Source: Paragordius varius (lineage: Eukaryota; Animalia; Nematomorpha). From it: a stretch of DNA of 64,000 bases. A program made the translations under genes and the position numbers. Shown here piece after piece: positions 40,100 to 52,425 of this stretch. The stretch is from contig OZ176056.1 of assembly GCA_964247055.1 (NCBI GenBank), forward strand, positions 7,626,001 through 7,690,000. Reading direction: 5' to 3'. The notes under the pieces are model-generated. The model saw only the letters and a list, made by a program, of their open reading frames with translations, ran no database searches and was not told the DNA's origin. How positions within the stretch are numbered: the stretch's first letter is position 1; every line of letters starts with the position of its first letter.

Positions 40100-43000
40100 A
40101 AATCTTTATTTACCGACATTGAAACAACAAGATTTTGGCGTATTTAGCAATGAGTTGAGACCTCTTTTTTAGATGTATATTATCATTAAATATGGATTAA
40201 TGCTGTATTTGTATCTAAGGATGCAGTTTGCTTTATAATTTATATTAAAATGTGACTTTTTTTTTAATATTTTTAACCTAAGGATTGCCACTCTTTTTGT
40301 ATGCCATTCTAAAATTTATAGTTAGACTTCAAATGCAGTTTAAATACTGCTTTTACAACATTTGTTTATGCCTAAGTAACACTTTTCGAGATAAAGTAAT
40401 ATCAATATTTTTTGATTTGAATTTGCTTAACAAGTTTAATTAACAAAAACTAAGTTAAACATAACACTCCTATCTAAATTTAAAAGTGATTTGTGTATCT
40501 ATCAGGGGCTTTTCGGCTCCTAGTGGGATAGCGTTTCTCGACTGGTACTTCAAGGCTTGGATGCAATTTTATTGCCGTTGGGATGCTGATTACTATGGAA
40601 TCATGACAAATATCTGGGGAAGGATTGGTATCATCCGTATTGATATTGTTATCAATGAGAGGACTATGAAAGGGGGTGGCTATAATATTTCATTATTTTT
40701 ATTCTGTTGTTCCGGTTGTAATTTTTTCTGATTGGCGAGCTTAAGTTCATCTGAACCTTTTTTGCACTCTTAATTGATGAGTATGTTTTCGTAAAACTTT
40801 ACCTCTATCTTCGAAATTGTATGACAATAGTTCAGTCAGCTCTATTCCTTTCTCGCCAACCGGCTTCTATCTCATTCTTTATAAATACTTTGTCACCTGA
40901 TTCACGTATACTATTTGACGTACCATCAATATAATCCTTTGGTTTTACTTTCATCCAGGACAGTGCTGTTGGTAAATTTTTAGGATTGTCGTGCAGGTGA
41001 CTCATTTATACCACTGATGTGCTGACCTGTAACCCCACATTACCTCGTTTAACCGGCGTTATGGATCTGCTTCTTCAGAATCACACATATAATTGTTTTT
41101 AAGGTTTGAATAACCCTTTCCACTAAACCATTTGTCCCAATCGCTCCCAAACGGTGGTATTTGGGTTCCATTTATAAGTCGGGCTTACTGCAATGTTTAA
41201 CCGTGACTTTTTGAAACTTGAACAGCGCACCCATTTTTTTGTACCCTGGTTCAATTTGGTCTAAAATACAGTCTTACCTAACGCTTTCATAGACTGGATA
41301 CCAGGGTAACCTTTATGAAGATAGAATATTGACCCTCATGCTTCGAGGAATAATAAGTAGATATAGAAGGCCGTATACTCTTCGATATCATTTCTCAGTG
41401 GTTTATAGGACTGTACCTCGGGATGAAACTAATCATTGGTCTTTCGTGGTGCTTTAATCTCTTTACACACCTGATCGCTCATAGTTTCCTTCACCCTGTC
41501 CTTAAGTTTAACTACTGACACCATAGCAAACGAACCACCTGCAATATATCCTCGTCATTGTCTCAATTTTCAGTCTCAGTTGGTAGTCTTGATTGTGAAT
41601 ATGCTAGATTTTCGGTTCCCGGCTATTACATTATGTTGGAGTCGAAAGTGGATGTTTTTAAAAAACTTAGCAATTTACTATTGCTTAGCTCGCTTAACGT
41701 TGATGCCTGAATAATTTGATAAGAGGTTTATGGTCTGTTCTAATATCGAATTTTTTACCATATAGAATGTTTTAAATTTCTTTAGGACCAATACAATAGC
41801 ATTGCCTCTTTTTCTGCAGCCGAATAATTTTTTCAGCTAGGGAATATTTTTAAAAAATGCAATGGGTCGTTTACCTTCCGACGTCTTGTGCGACAGGATG
41901 GCCCCGAACCCCTCCCCAGACTCATCTGTTAATAATATAAAGGGATGCCTTTGGTTAAAAGAAAAAAGACGGGTGTTATTCTCTATTAACAATTTGGCCT
42001 TTTCAAAAATATTTTGATGTACATCTGGCCAACACCATTTCTTTTTGGAACCAGCTGGCCAGTGGATTTCGATGATATGTATTTAGAAAGGGAATAAATA
42101 AATGAAAGTTTAAAAGGCCCAAAAACGATCGGAGACTTGCTTTACATTTAGGGGCATCGCGAATGGCCTTAATCTTACTGTTCGCTAATTTTATACTTTT
42201 TTCTGATATAGTAAACGACAAATATTCTACTTCCGTTTAAAAAATCTTTATTTTATCTTTTTTTAATTTAAGACCCATTTGTTCTAATCTTTTAAATACC
42301 TGTGTTAAATTTATATAATGCTCTTCTTTCTCCCCTAACAATTACATCATCTAAGTAGACCGCTGTTCCCTTACAATCCCTATCCATGATCTGTTGGAAA
42401 AAACTGGGTGCACAGGACAGAACAAAAGGAAGCCTAGTATATTTAAAACCCCCAAAGGTGTAGATATTGTAAGATTTCGAGACTCTGGGTGCACTGGAAT
42501 TCGAAGATAAGGATCTTTTAAATCTAATGTTGAAACTACCATGTGAAATTTTGGATAAATCATTAAATGTGGGTATTATATAATTAGGTGTTTTGATGTA
42601 TTTGTTTATTGACACTTGGAATTCTGCGCACATTCTTAACTCATTTTTCCACTTTTATGCGTTTACTATAGGACTGGACCAACAAATTTTATGCCTAAGG
42701 TCTACTGGTTTAATAATTTTTAAAGATACTAGCCTTTTTATCTCTTCACTTAATTTCTCTTGTAAGGCCATGGGAACCCTTCTAGCTGGAAAACCCGGCC
42801 CCTACTATTGATTTTTTTAAATATTTTTATGGGTCCCCTTTCCAACAACCCAATTTGTTGTCAAATAAAGACTTAAATTTATTGTATATATTGGTTGTGT
42901 GATATAATTCATTAAATATAATACAACGCATATTGAATAGCTGGATTCAATCCATCCCAAATATAAGAGGTAATTGTCTTTTTGTTATAAAGCCCTTTAT

Positions 43001-43400
43001 TATCTTTTTAATCTTTGCTATTTATTTAATTTAAGAGTTACAGTTGTATGTGTAAAGGGTTATTATCATAAGTGTTTATATTAAAACTAATGGGTTTTAA
43101 TTTTTACTCACCTATGACCGCGTGTAAAATTTATAAGCAATATGTCGGCCCCTGTGTCGAATAAATAACATTTCGACAGGGGTCGTGTTTATTCTTACTT
43201 TTATCTCAGGTTTTTTTATTATATTATTCACATACCTGTTATTAATGGCATATTTGTTTTGGTACTGGCTGCCAAAAGAATTTTTACCGTGGCACATGAA
43301 TCTCTCCTTGCCCGAACCTGGGCAGCATCGGCATTTGTAGAGGCGGCATTTTAAACAGCTAGATTTGCGTCTATTAAGATATATAATTAACTGTCATTTC
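40100..43400 (-). mobile_element. Decayed, 5'-truncated Gypsy (K02A2.6-like) LTR retrotransposon
   Basis: Minus strand in PR-RT-RH-IN order: FDTGAD (about 43150), ARRVPMAL, LDLKDPY...YLDDVIV (about 42350), SFLGLLNF, RNase H region with RTDHKPL, integrase tail KRYPTRSRKAPDRY (about 40500), then polypurine AGATAGGAG followed by TGTTATG (putative 3' LTR start at 40466; LTR end uncertain). Confidence 0.85.
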
Positions 43401-43603
43401 CATATAACCATCATTATAGCTTTCATTATTAATACCATTATTAATACTTTAATACGCCTCATTATATTCTTACACTTTTCCTGTCAATATGCATCATAGT
43501 GTGGCATATATAAAATTGAAATTTTATATACAAATCGCTAAATAGATGCCTAATATAACCACGTATTAATGGAGTACACAGTGTACACAAAAAAATATCA
43601 TGA

Positions 43604-43644
<41 letters not shown>

Positions 43645-44385
43645 CAGTCAATCCCTTATTTTATCAAAAATATATTTTTTTCGTTAAATGGGTATAAATA
43701 TTTGGTAAAGAATGGAAAAAACAAGAGCTCTATGGTAATTCTTATATTTTTATGATGAAGATGGTATTGTTAATATTAAGCTCTTGTTTTTTCCATTTTT
43801 TACCAAATATTTATACCGATTTAAAAAATTTGATAAAATAGATACATGACTGCATATATTTGGATAAAAAATGTATCAGGAACTCATGGTGCTTTTGGTT
43901 TAAGGACTTACGAGTTATATAAAAAAGTTATTTACACTTTTGGTATGAGTGCTCCATATGAGAAAATGGCAAAAAGTACATTTTTTGTAATAAATATTTT
44001 TTGTTGAGAGCTAAATGTTTTATTCTATATAATATCACTAAAATAGATAATAAAATTAATTAAAAATAAAACTTTTTTTATTTTAATTTATAGATGTGGG
44101 TTCTGTAACCAAATTTTTCTGCTTTTTTAAAACACTTGGTTTTTTTAATAATAACATACAATGCCGGGATTGCGAAGTAATGTTTTTCAATATATACTAA
44201 ATTTGACATCCAAATATAAATGCATACTTTTTACAGTATTTATTTTTAAAAAATTTTGTTTACTTCATCCTGTTTTAGGCATGGTGAAACGATAATTATT
44301 TAATGATGCTGAAAACCTATCATCTCAGAATTTTGATAAAACATTCATTTGTTTTTATATGTCAAATATATGTGTTTGTATATAC

Positions 44386-47111
44386 CAGGGGTGGCCAACG
44401 AGGTGACCGCGGTCACTTTCGTGACCGCGACAACTCAAAAAGTGACCGCCTGAAATATTTTTTTTAAAAAAATTTTATTGATTTTTTTCGGATAGTTGGC
44501 TACTTCTGAGCGAATTTAAATTTAAAATACAAAAAAATACGGTTTAAATTAAAAAAAAACGTCTAAGAAAAGGGTGTAAAAAAATTATTTTATTAATTAT
44601 AATTCATATGTTTTGGAGCATTTTCATTAAAACTTAAAATCAGTCATTTCCCTTGAATATATCAAAACTTTGAGCAAAGCTTATTCATAAATCAGAAGCA
44701 TAATCGTGAAGTTAGATTTGATTTGATACACCAAAAGTAGGTTTTTAAAACTTATATTTTAGAATAAGCCAAAAAAAGTTGTACAGATACAAGAAATATT
44801 GGGAACATGAATACTTTTTTATTATGATAAATGAAACATGCACCTGTCTAATATGCAATAGTACTGTTGCTTTGCCCAAAAAGTCAAATATTGAAAGACA
44901 TTATAGATCTCTGCATCCACATTACTCCAAAAACTACCCCTTACAAACTCAAGAACGCAACATTAAAGTAAAGGAATTAAAAGAACAATTATCCGCCTCA
45001 CAAAATAGCATACTTAAATACAACAAAGACTATAAAAATGCTACGATTGCTTCATTCAAGGTAGCGGAAATACTCATTCGGAACAATAAGCCATTCCAAG
45101 ATGGTGAAATATTTAAAGAAGCCTTTATTAGCGCTCGTGATATTTTATTTGAAAATTTTGATAACAAAAATAATATTATGACAGGTATTAAAAGCATAAG
45201 CTTATCGAGAAATACCGTTATGCGCAGGGCTGAAGATATTAGTAATAATCTTGATGAAATTTAACATGAAAATATTAATAACTGTATTTTTTTTCCTTGC
45301 AACTCGATGAGTCCACCGATTATGTTGGAATCGCCCAATTATGCATTTTTATTCGTATGATATTTAGTGATTTATCTGCAAAGGAGGAATTATTAACTAT
45401 AATACCTCTCCACGAACGAACCAGAGGGCAGGATATTTTTGATTCTTTTTATAAATTTATCACAGATACGAAACTTCCCATCGTAAAACTCGCATCTATA
45501 ACTACTGATGGCCAGCTATGATTGGCGTTAACAACGGCTTTATCGCTTTATGTAAAAATCACAGTGCATTTCCCAAGTTCATTGATTACCATTGTATAAT
45601 CCATAATCAAGTTTTATTTTCAAAAGTTTTAAAATACCATCATGTAATGAACCCCTGTTTTAAAATTGTTAACGCCATTCGAACAAAAAGCTTGTCCCGC
45701 CGCCAATTTCGAATTTTGTTAAATGAGTGCGGCGTGGAATATGGAGAACTTTTATTACATACTGATGTAAGGTGGTTGAGTCGTGCCGCATTTTTAATTA
45801 GATTTAGGCAACTTTTACCACAAATAGAAATTTTTTTAGAGAATTCTAAATTTTCATACCCTGAATTGAAAGATCAAGATTGGCTGCTTGATCTTGCATT
45901 TTTATGCGATATCACGGAAAAATTGCATAATTAAACATCCAATTACAAGGAAAAGATAAAACAATAATGGATATGATGGGTGCTTTAAAATCTTTTAAGG
46001 AAACACTAACAGTAGTAGAAACACAATTAAAAAACCGAAATTTAAAACATTTTTTTAATCTGGCAGCGGTGTCTGAAAAAATAGAGATTCTCTCTTTTGA
46101 AAAATATGCAGATGATATTGGTCTGCTTATTAATGATTTTGAAAAACGATTTTCATCTATAAATAAACTTGAAGACATCGCTATTTTTTTATCATGCCCA
46201 TTTAATAATAATAATAATGTTGAATATATTTCTCAAAAACTAGGCACTTTCTTGGTGTACCAAATTTACAGAGTTGGAAGAGGAATTAATAAATGTTAAA
46301 TGCGATATCCATCTAAAATCATTAGGATCAGATATATATAAATTTATAAATAAAGATAAATACCCCCATATTTGGAAAACCGCTGCATTATTCAATTCTT
46401 TTTTTGGATCCACATATTTATGTGAATCGGCTTTTTCAATTATGAATGCTAAAACTAAACAGAGGTCACAATTAACTAATAAACATTTAGAATCATGTTT
46501 GAGAATTGCTTTGACTTCATTTGAACCTAATTTAGACAAACATTCTGAATTTTTTCGCAGTCGGGCATTTTAAATATTTTATTCTTTATTAAATATGGAT
46601 GTTTATCGAGTTGTATTTTCGCTTAGGAAAAAGCCGATTTACTAAAAATATGTGGATAGAATTAAAATTGATACAATTTTAATGTACTCTTATTTATGTT
46701 CAAATTATGGTTCTAAATTGGAATGCTATTTTTTATTTCTTTTATTTTTTGTATCATAATGTATTCTCCCCTGTAATTTCAAATGCATTGTTTAAATTTT
46801 TATATTGTAAAATTTCATATAATAGATATTTAATAAATAAATATTTTGAAGTGTTTTATGTTGGTTAAAAAATTAAGGTAGTTAATAACCCGTTGTCTTT
46901 TAATTAAAATTATTTTTGTATTTGGTTGATAGATAAAAAAATTACAATTTTAAAATGGTTTAAACAAGTCACTCTAATCTGTAAAGCAGGTATACATCAT
47001 TTAAAGTGTTGATTGAGTTTTTTTGATAAATATTTCTGGGTGACCGCGAACTCTTTTTTTAACAAAAAAGCCAAAAAAAAGCTCGCGACAAAAAAAGTGT
47101 GGCCACCCCTG
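44386..47111 (+). mobile_element. hAT Charlie/Buster-like (GTF2IRD2/ZBED8-type) transposon with a disrupted transposase at about 44770-46573
   Basis: TIRs CAGGGGTGGCCA / TGGCCACCCCTG; exact TSD GTATATAC at 44378-44385 and 47112-47119; subterminal GTGACCGC repeats. Motifs: CLIC...NIERHY, LDESTD, SITTDG, YHCIIH, VRWLSR, GSTYLCESAFS. Stops at 45262 and 45932, plus frameshifts. Confidence 0.95.
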
Positions 47112-50100
47112 GTATATACCATTTACAATTCATATCCACCCCAATAACATGAATTATTTTCTTATGACATAGTTTATTATTTTTTCTATATCTTAATTAC
47201 AACAAAATCTCATTTTTTTTTAAAAATACAAAAAACATAGGTAATTTCTGACTTTAAAAACATATATTTTATTTCAGGGTGAATTTGATTTGTTGGAGGG
47301 GGAATTTGAATTGTTCAATGGTGAATTTGAACAGTAAATGTTATATAAAAATTCATCAAAAATTGTATAAGGACCTTATTAATTTAAGGCGATAAAATGT
47401 TCCAGCATTAATTTATATAAAAAAGTCTTTTTAAAAAAAGCGTTTATATACCGTTTCCATCATACCTAAAAATGTAGGAAGTACGCTTCAACAAAATTTT
47501 GTTAAAATCGAATTTTACTAAAAGTATGCATTTGAAAAATATTTTTCATGTCAAATTTGGCAAATATTTAAAAATTTTATTGCGAAATTGACCTGTTTTG
47601 GGTTTTTTTTATAAGATTTAACCCGTTTTAAAAGAGCAAAAAAATTTGGGACTTTTCGAGGTCACATCTAAAATTTAAAATATCATAATAATATTCTTTT
47701 GCTTAATAATTAGTTTATGATATTTTTTAGTGATATTTTTTGGAATCAATCATTTAGCTTTCAAAAAAAATTACAAAAAATCTAGTCAAATTTTGCCATT
47801 TTTTGATATGGAGCACTTATCACAAAAGTTTAAATCATTAATCATATCACTTAGGGCCTAAACCAAAAGCACCATGATAATCCTGATTCATTTTTCTATC
47901 CGAATGACCCCCGATCTGGTACTCTGTGATATGCTAGATTCGTTAATTATTATTTATGTCCACTTATGTGGATATTGCAAAAGTTATGGTCTTTTATTTT
48001 ATTAAAAAGTGTCACATGAGGCATTTTATTGCGATTATATGATACCTTTAAAAAATATGGATCGATTGATTTAGAGAGAGGTTTATCTTACCTTCCGTAA
48101 ATATATTATTAATCGCAAAAAATACACCTCGAATCTCATCAGCAAAATATTATTGCATTACTAGTTTTAATCAAATCAAAGCATATTTACTCATAGTGCA
48201 TAAGAAACCACCTTATAATTAATTGTCATTGTGTTCTAAAATATTTAAATCTTTGTGTGAGAATGAAGCTTTTTGGTGAATGGTGTGGTGCCTTAATTTT
48301 ATTATGATTAGTCAAAATTTAGATAGATATATTAGTTAAAATGCAATTTTGATCCCGATTATTTGGTGATTAATGCGAAAATTATAAAATACAGGTAAAA
48401 TAAAAATAATTAATTTATAACATGAAATCACAGTTTTGTATGGGTTTGAAAAATTATTTAAGGACTTCAGTGAGATTTTAAGAAGTTTGTGTGGGACATA
48501 CATGCCATGGAAAGCACATTTATTGGAATCTGATTATTTTATTTATAAACGTATAATAATTTATCTTTATGCATAACATTACACAGCACACCCACGGAAC
48601 TAAAGCGCCTGGCTTTAAAATCGTCGGTAGTACAATATCTTTATTCCAACAGCGGGAGAAACCAAATGTATTTTACATCGGGAACATTAAAGCGAGAAAT
48701 TGAGATACTAGCTCCTGACAAGTAAATATAGACCAGCAAAGACTGCCGTACTCGCGGAACAATTGATACCAAACTCTCCTAAATAGCTGACCTCTCATTC
48801 GAGGCGGAAAAACAATGAAACAGCTCAATATCAATCTATGATAACATAAAACATTAATATAAAATAATTCCCTTTTTTTGTTCTAATTGTCAAAACAGTT
48901 CAACATAACGAGCCCGACTTATGCATGGAACCGGAATACCAAAGTTCGGGAGCGATTGCATTTTAATAAAGCGGGAAAATACTCTACTATATTAATTAAT
49001 CCACCTGTTGGAAGGAATTAGCTAGATAACTCAACCAGTATCTTAAATGTTATATGGTTCGCTCGAAACGGGACCCTAAAGTTAATAATTATCTGCGCAT
49101 ATTTAAAGTATCGGGTATTTTAATGTTTAACTGACTCTAATAATAGCCATATATCGTCTGCGCCATAACACCCTCGGTCAGAGGCATGGTTCATTTTTGG
49201 TCCTCGGTGCATGAATCCGTTGTGTCCCCTTCCCCCTCTCTGCTACCCTGTTATATTTAATAACTTATTTGTTTTTGTAAACTAACTTAATTGTTTCTAT
49301 ATTAGTAAAAATTGACCTTATATATGATTTAGTTAATTGTGAATGCTTACACCTAAATATTTAATTTAACCTCACGCAATTTACAACCCTGTTCTAAAAC
49401 TATATATAGGGAAATATATTTATACAAATATATATTTTTTTATATTACAATAAATTCCTTTTACTATTACAACTGTAATATTGGCGCTGTCAAAAATTTT
49501 TAGAGAGGAAATTTATGAAGCTGGGAGGAAAATATTTCAACCAACCAAAATACTTTGCTACCCCGATTTGATTTCCTTTGATCGGAACGACTATCTGATG
49601 GTGGATTCTTAGAATTTTTGATAAGACACTAAAGTCTAACCGCATACTTGTTCAAAGGTAACATCGACGAGATAATGTAATGTGGTTTGAAGGAAAACAG
49701 CTATATACAAAATTACTTTGCAGGTACCCGAGGGCATTACACAATGATACACCAGTAAGGTTAAATAAAATTTTAAATTTGGCTTTAGCATAAGAAAATT
49801 CTCGCCTGGAATCGAACTCATTCAAAATGATAAATAATAATGATTATATAATATTTTGTATTCATTTTTTTTATACCAACATTATCGATGTATCATCCTC
49901 ATTGCATTTTTTATTAATATATAGCTTCTAATATTATAATCGTAATTTGTGATTTTTCAGGAATGATCCAAACCGAATAGGTTGTTTATAATTGACAGAG
50001 ATGTTGAATAAATAAGTTAAAGTGTTCAATAGATAATTTGAACTTTCTATTTTATGGAAATAATAAATAATTCTTTTCAATTTCGGATATGTAAAGGGTT

Positions 50101-50556
50101 ACATAATACGGTTGTACCATAATGTTATAAATAAGTTGGGAAAAAATGCCGGGACTCGCAAAATTTAAAATACATTAATATATGGGAATTTAAAAGTAAC
50201 AAAATAATTTAAAATAACCGAATAAAACTAAATGATAAATATAATAAAATAAAAATATCGGTTACAAAAATACTGCCGCACAAGTGTTATGCTAAATACA
50301 GAGGCTGGTTGTCTCCATGATCGGAGCTAATGAACAAAAAAACATCCATTATTTGGGTTAACGTTTTCCGGATTGTCGCTTACTTTTATTTATATGCCTC
50401 TAATTCCGCTAAAACAAAAGGCTTAAAAGGAGTTACTACCATGATTGACCCATTTATTAATGGCAAATATCCATTATCAAGACTTTATACTTGTTTCTTA
50501 AAATATTGCTTCAAAACAAACACTAAAATTTTGTATCATATGAATTTGGTGTATAC

Positions 50557-51950
50557 TAATGTGACCAGATAGGCTGTTTTTCGCAGTACAGTACTGGGTT
50601 TTCAGAAAAAAATTGCGCCTGTACTGCGCCCACTTTTGTACTGCTTTTTGAAATTAAAAAAATTTAATTTTTTATAATTAAATATTAATTACCTTTTATT
50701 TATTCAAAAAAATTATTGAATTTAATATAGTACCTCTGCAAAATAACCCCATAATTTGTAAAGAAATCGTTCATTTTTAGGTAAAAAAACTAAGATTGGC
50801 CTGTTTTTAATTGGTTAATATTTTACTCGGCAAGAAATATACATATAATTGGGATTTAAATCGGTAAAACCGCTTATGATTGCAGCCTTTCGCGCTAGGC
50901 GAAACTTTATCACAAAGATTCAAACTAATGGCTCTTTTACTCAGGGCTTCCGCAAAAAGAGGTGCCTCAAAATTTAATACCAACATTAATTTATGATATT
51001 TTCATAAATGTTTGATCTTTAAAGTTCATTTTTTGATATAATTATCAAACGGAAAATTATATAGAAAATTGTATTCCCTTATATTATTTAAAATTTATTA
51101 TATATGGCACATGATTGCTAAATAATCTGTTTTCATATTAAAAATTAAAGTTTTTTAAGCTTTCTATACTCATTAGGTGGAAGTATGATATTTCTTAATT
51201 TTTTCCCTAAAATTTAATTTTTTTAGTTTTATTATTTTTTTGCATAACAAATTTGAGATATTTTGTTGAGCGTACTTCAAATATTTTGAAGTAGATGGAA
51301 ACGATATAACGCTTTGAGATATAATAAAACCCTTTTTAAACGATGTTGTACCATTGGAGAATTTTAATTTAAAGGTTTGTTTGCTTGCAAATTTTGGTGA
51401 ATTTATGTAAAAAACATTAATGCTGAGTGAGAAAAACGTATAGCATTATCGAATTATATATGTGTTAAACGGCAAAATTTCGATAAAAATTAAATTTTTG
51501 AAAGTATGCACTTATTTAGAATATTTAGTTGATATCATTTAGCATATATTAAGAATTATTGCACAATGTCGGAGTTTTTGTGTTTTCTTTAAGAGAACAA
51601 TCCATTAAGGCCAAAAAATTTATCTAACAATTTAAAATTTTTACAATTATTATTTTTATATGCTGTTTATAGTATATTTAGTGATATGCATTTAGTAGAA
51701 ACAATTGCGCACCTTTTGCAATTTTATACGGAGCACCTACCACAAAAGTGTAAATAATTTACTTTAATAACTCGTAAAGGTTAAACAAAAACACCATGAT
51801 AATCCTGATATTTTCCTATCAGAATATAAATTTTTTATCAGTATATTTTTTTGTGAAAACTGTGTAATATTTCACACCGATGGTGTAAAAACAGGAAATC
51901 GATGTTTTAATTTTGTACTGCGTCAGAGTTTAAAATATCTGGTCACATTA
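50557..51950. mobile_element. Non-autonomous hAT element, family B (1394 bp)
   Basis: TIRs TAATGTGACCAGAT / ATCTGGTCACATTA; exact TSD GTGTATAC at 50549-50556 and 51951-51958. Confidence 0.9.
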
Positions 51951-52186
51951 GTGTATACTTATATACCAAAAACCACTATCATAAGCCTGTAGGATATTAA
52001 ATACTAAAATTGTTGAAGTTACCGTTAATAATCAGACCTATAACGATAAAAGAAAACCTTTTCTCCAACTTTTCAAAGGATACGTTTTTTAAGAATAATA
52101 ATGTGTGTACCTATATCTTTATTCTGGTACTATCCACAAAAAATATTAATTTTTACATAGTTTAACATTCTAGATACATTCGCTAA

Positions 52187-52236
52187 CAAAGGAAGAAACG
52201 AAAATTCATTAAAATAAATTAATAGGGATTGCCAAT
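52187..52236 (+). promoter_or_regulatory. Conserved GPCR upstream motif block (copy 2)
   Basis: CAAAGGAAGAAACGAAAAT-TCATTAAAATAAATTAAT-AGGGAT-TGCCAATA; the 18-mer lies 204-221 nt upstream of the ATG at 52426. Confidence 0.55.
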
Positions 52237-52425
52237 AATTGTGTATAAACCATTGTCACTAGATAAATTCCTTCTTGCATTATTATAATTTGGAATCCCT
52301 TGATATATGGAGACCAATTAAAAAACTAAAGTGTATAGTTTTATGAAAAATGATATAATTTAATTTGTTAAGTTTTCTTCAAATTTAAATGTTGATTATG
52401 AATTATTGCCACTTATAAAAGGATA

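Noticed and set aside
40486-46539. ORFs 40486+, 42593+, 45912- and 46240-
   Set aside because: Antisense to the Gypsy pol and Charlie transposase relics.
49800-49825. tRNA B-box-like GAGTTCGATTCC on the minus strand
   Set aside because: No A-box and no cloverleaf nearby; not called as tRNA or SINE.
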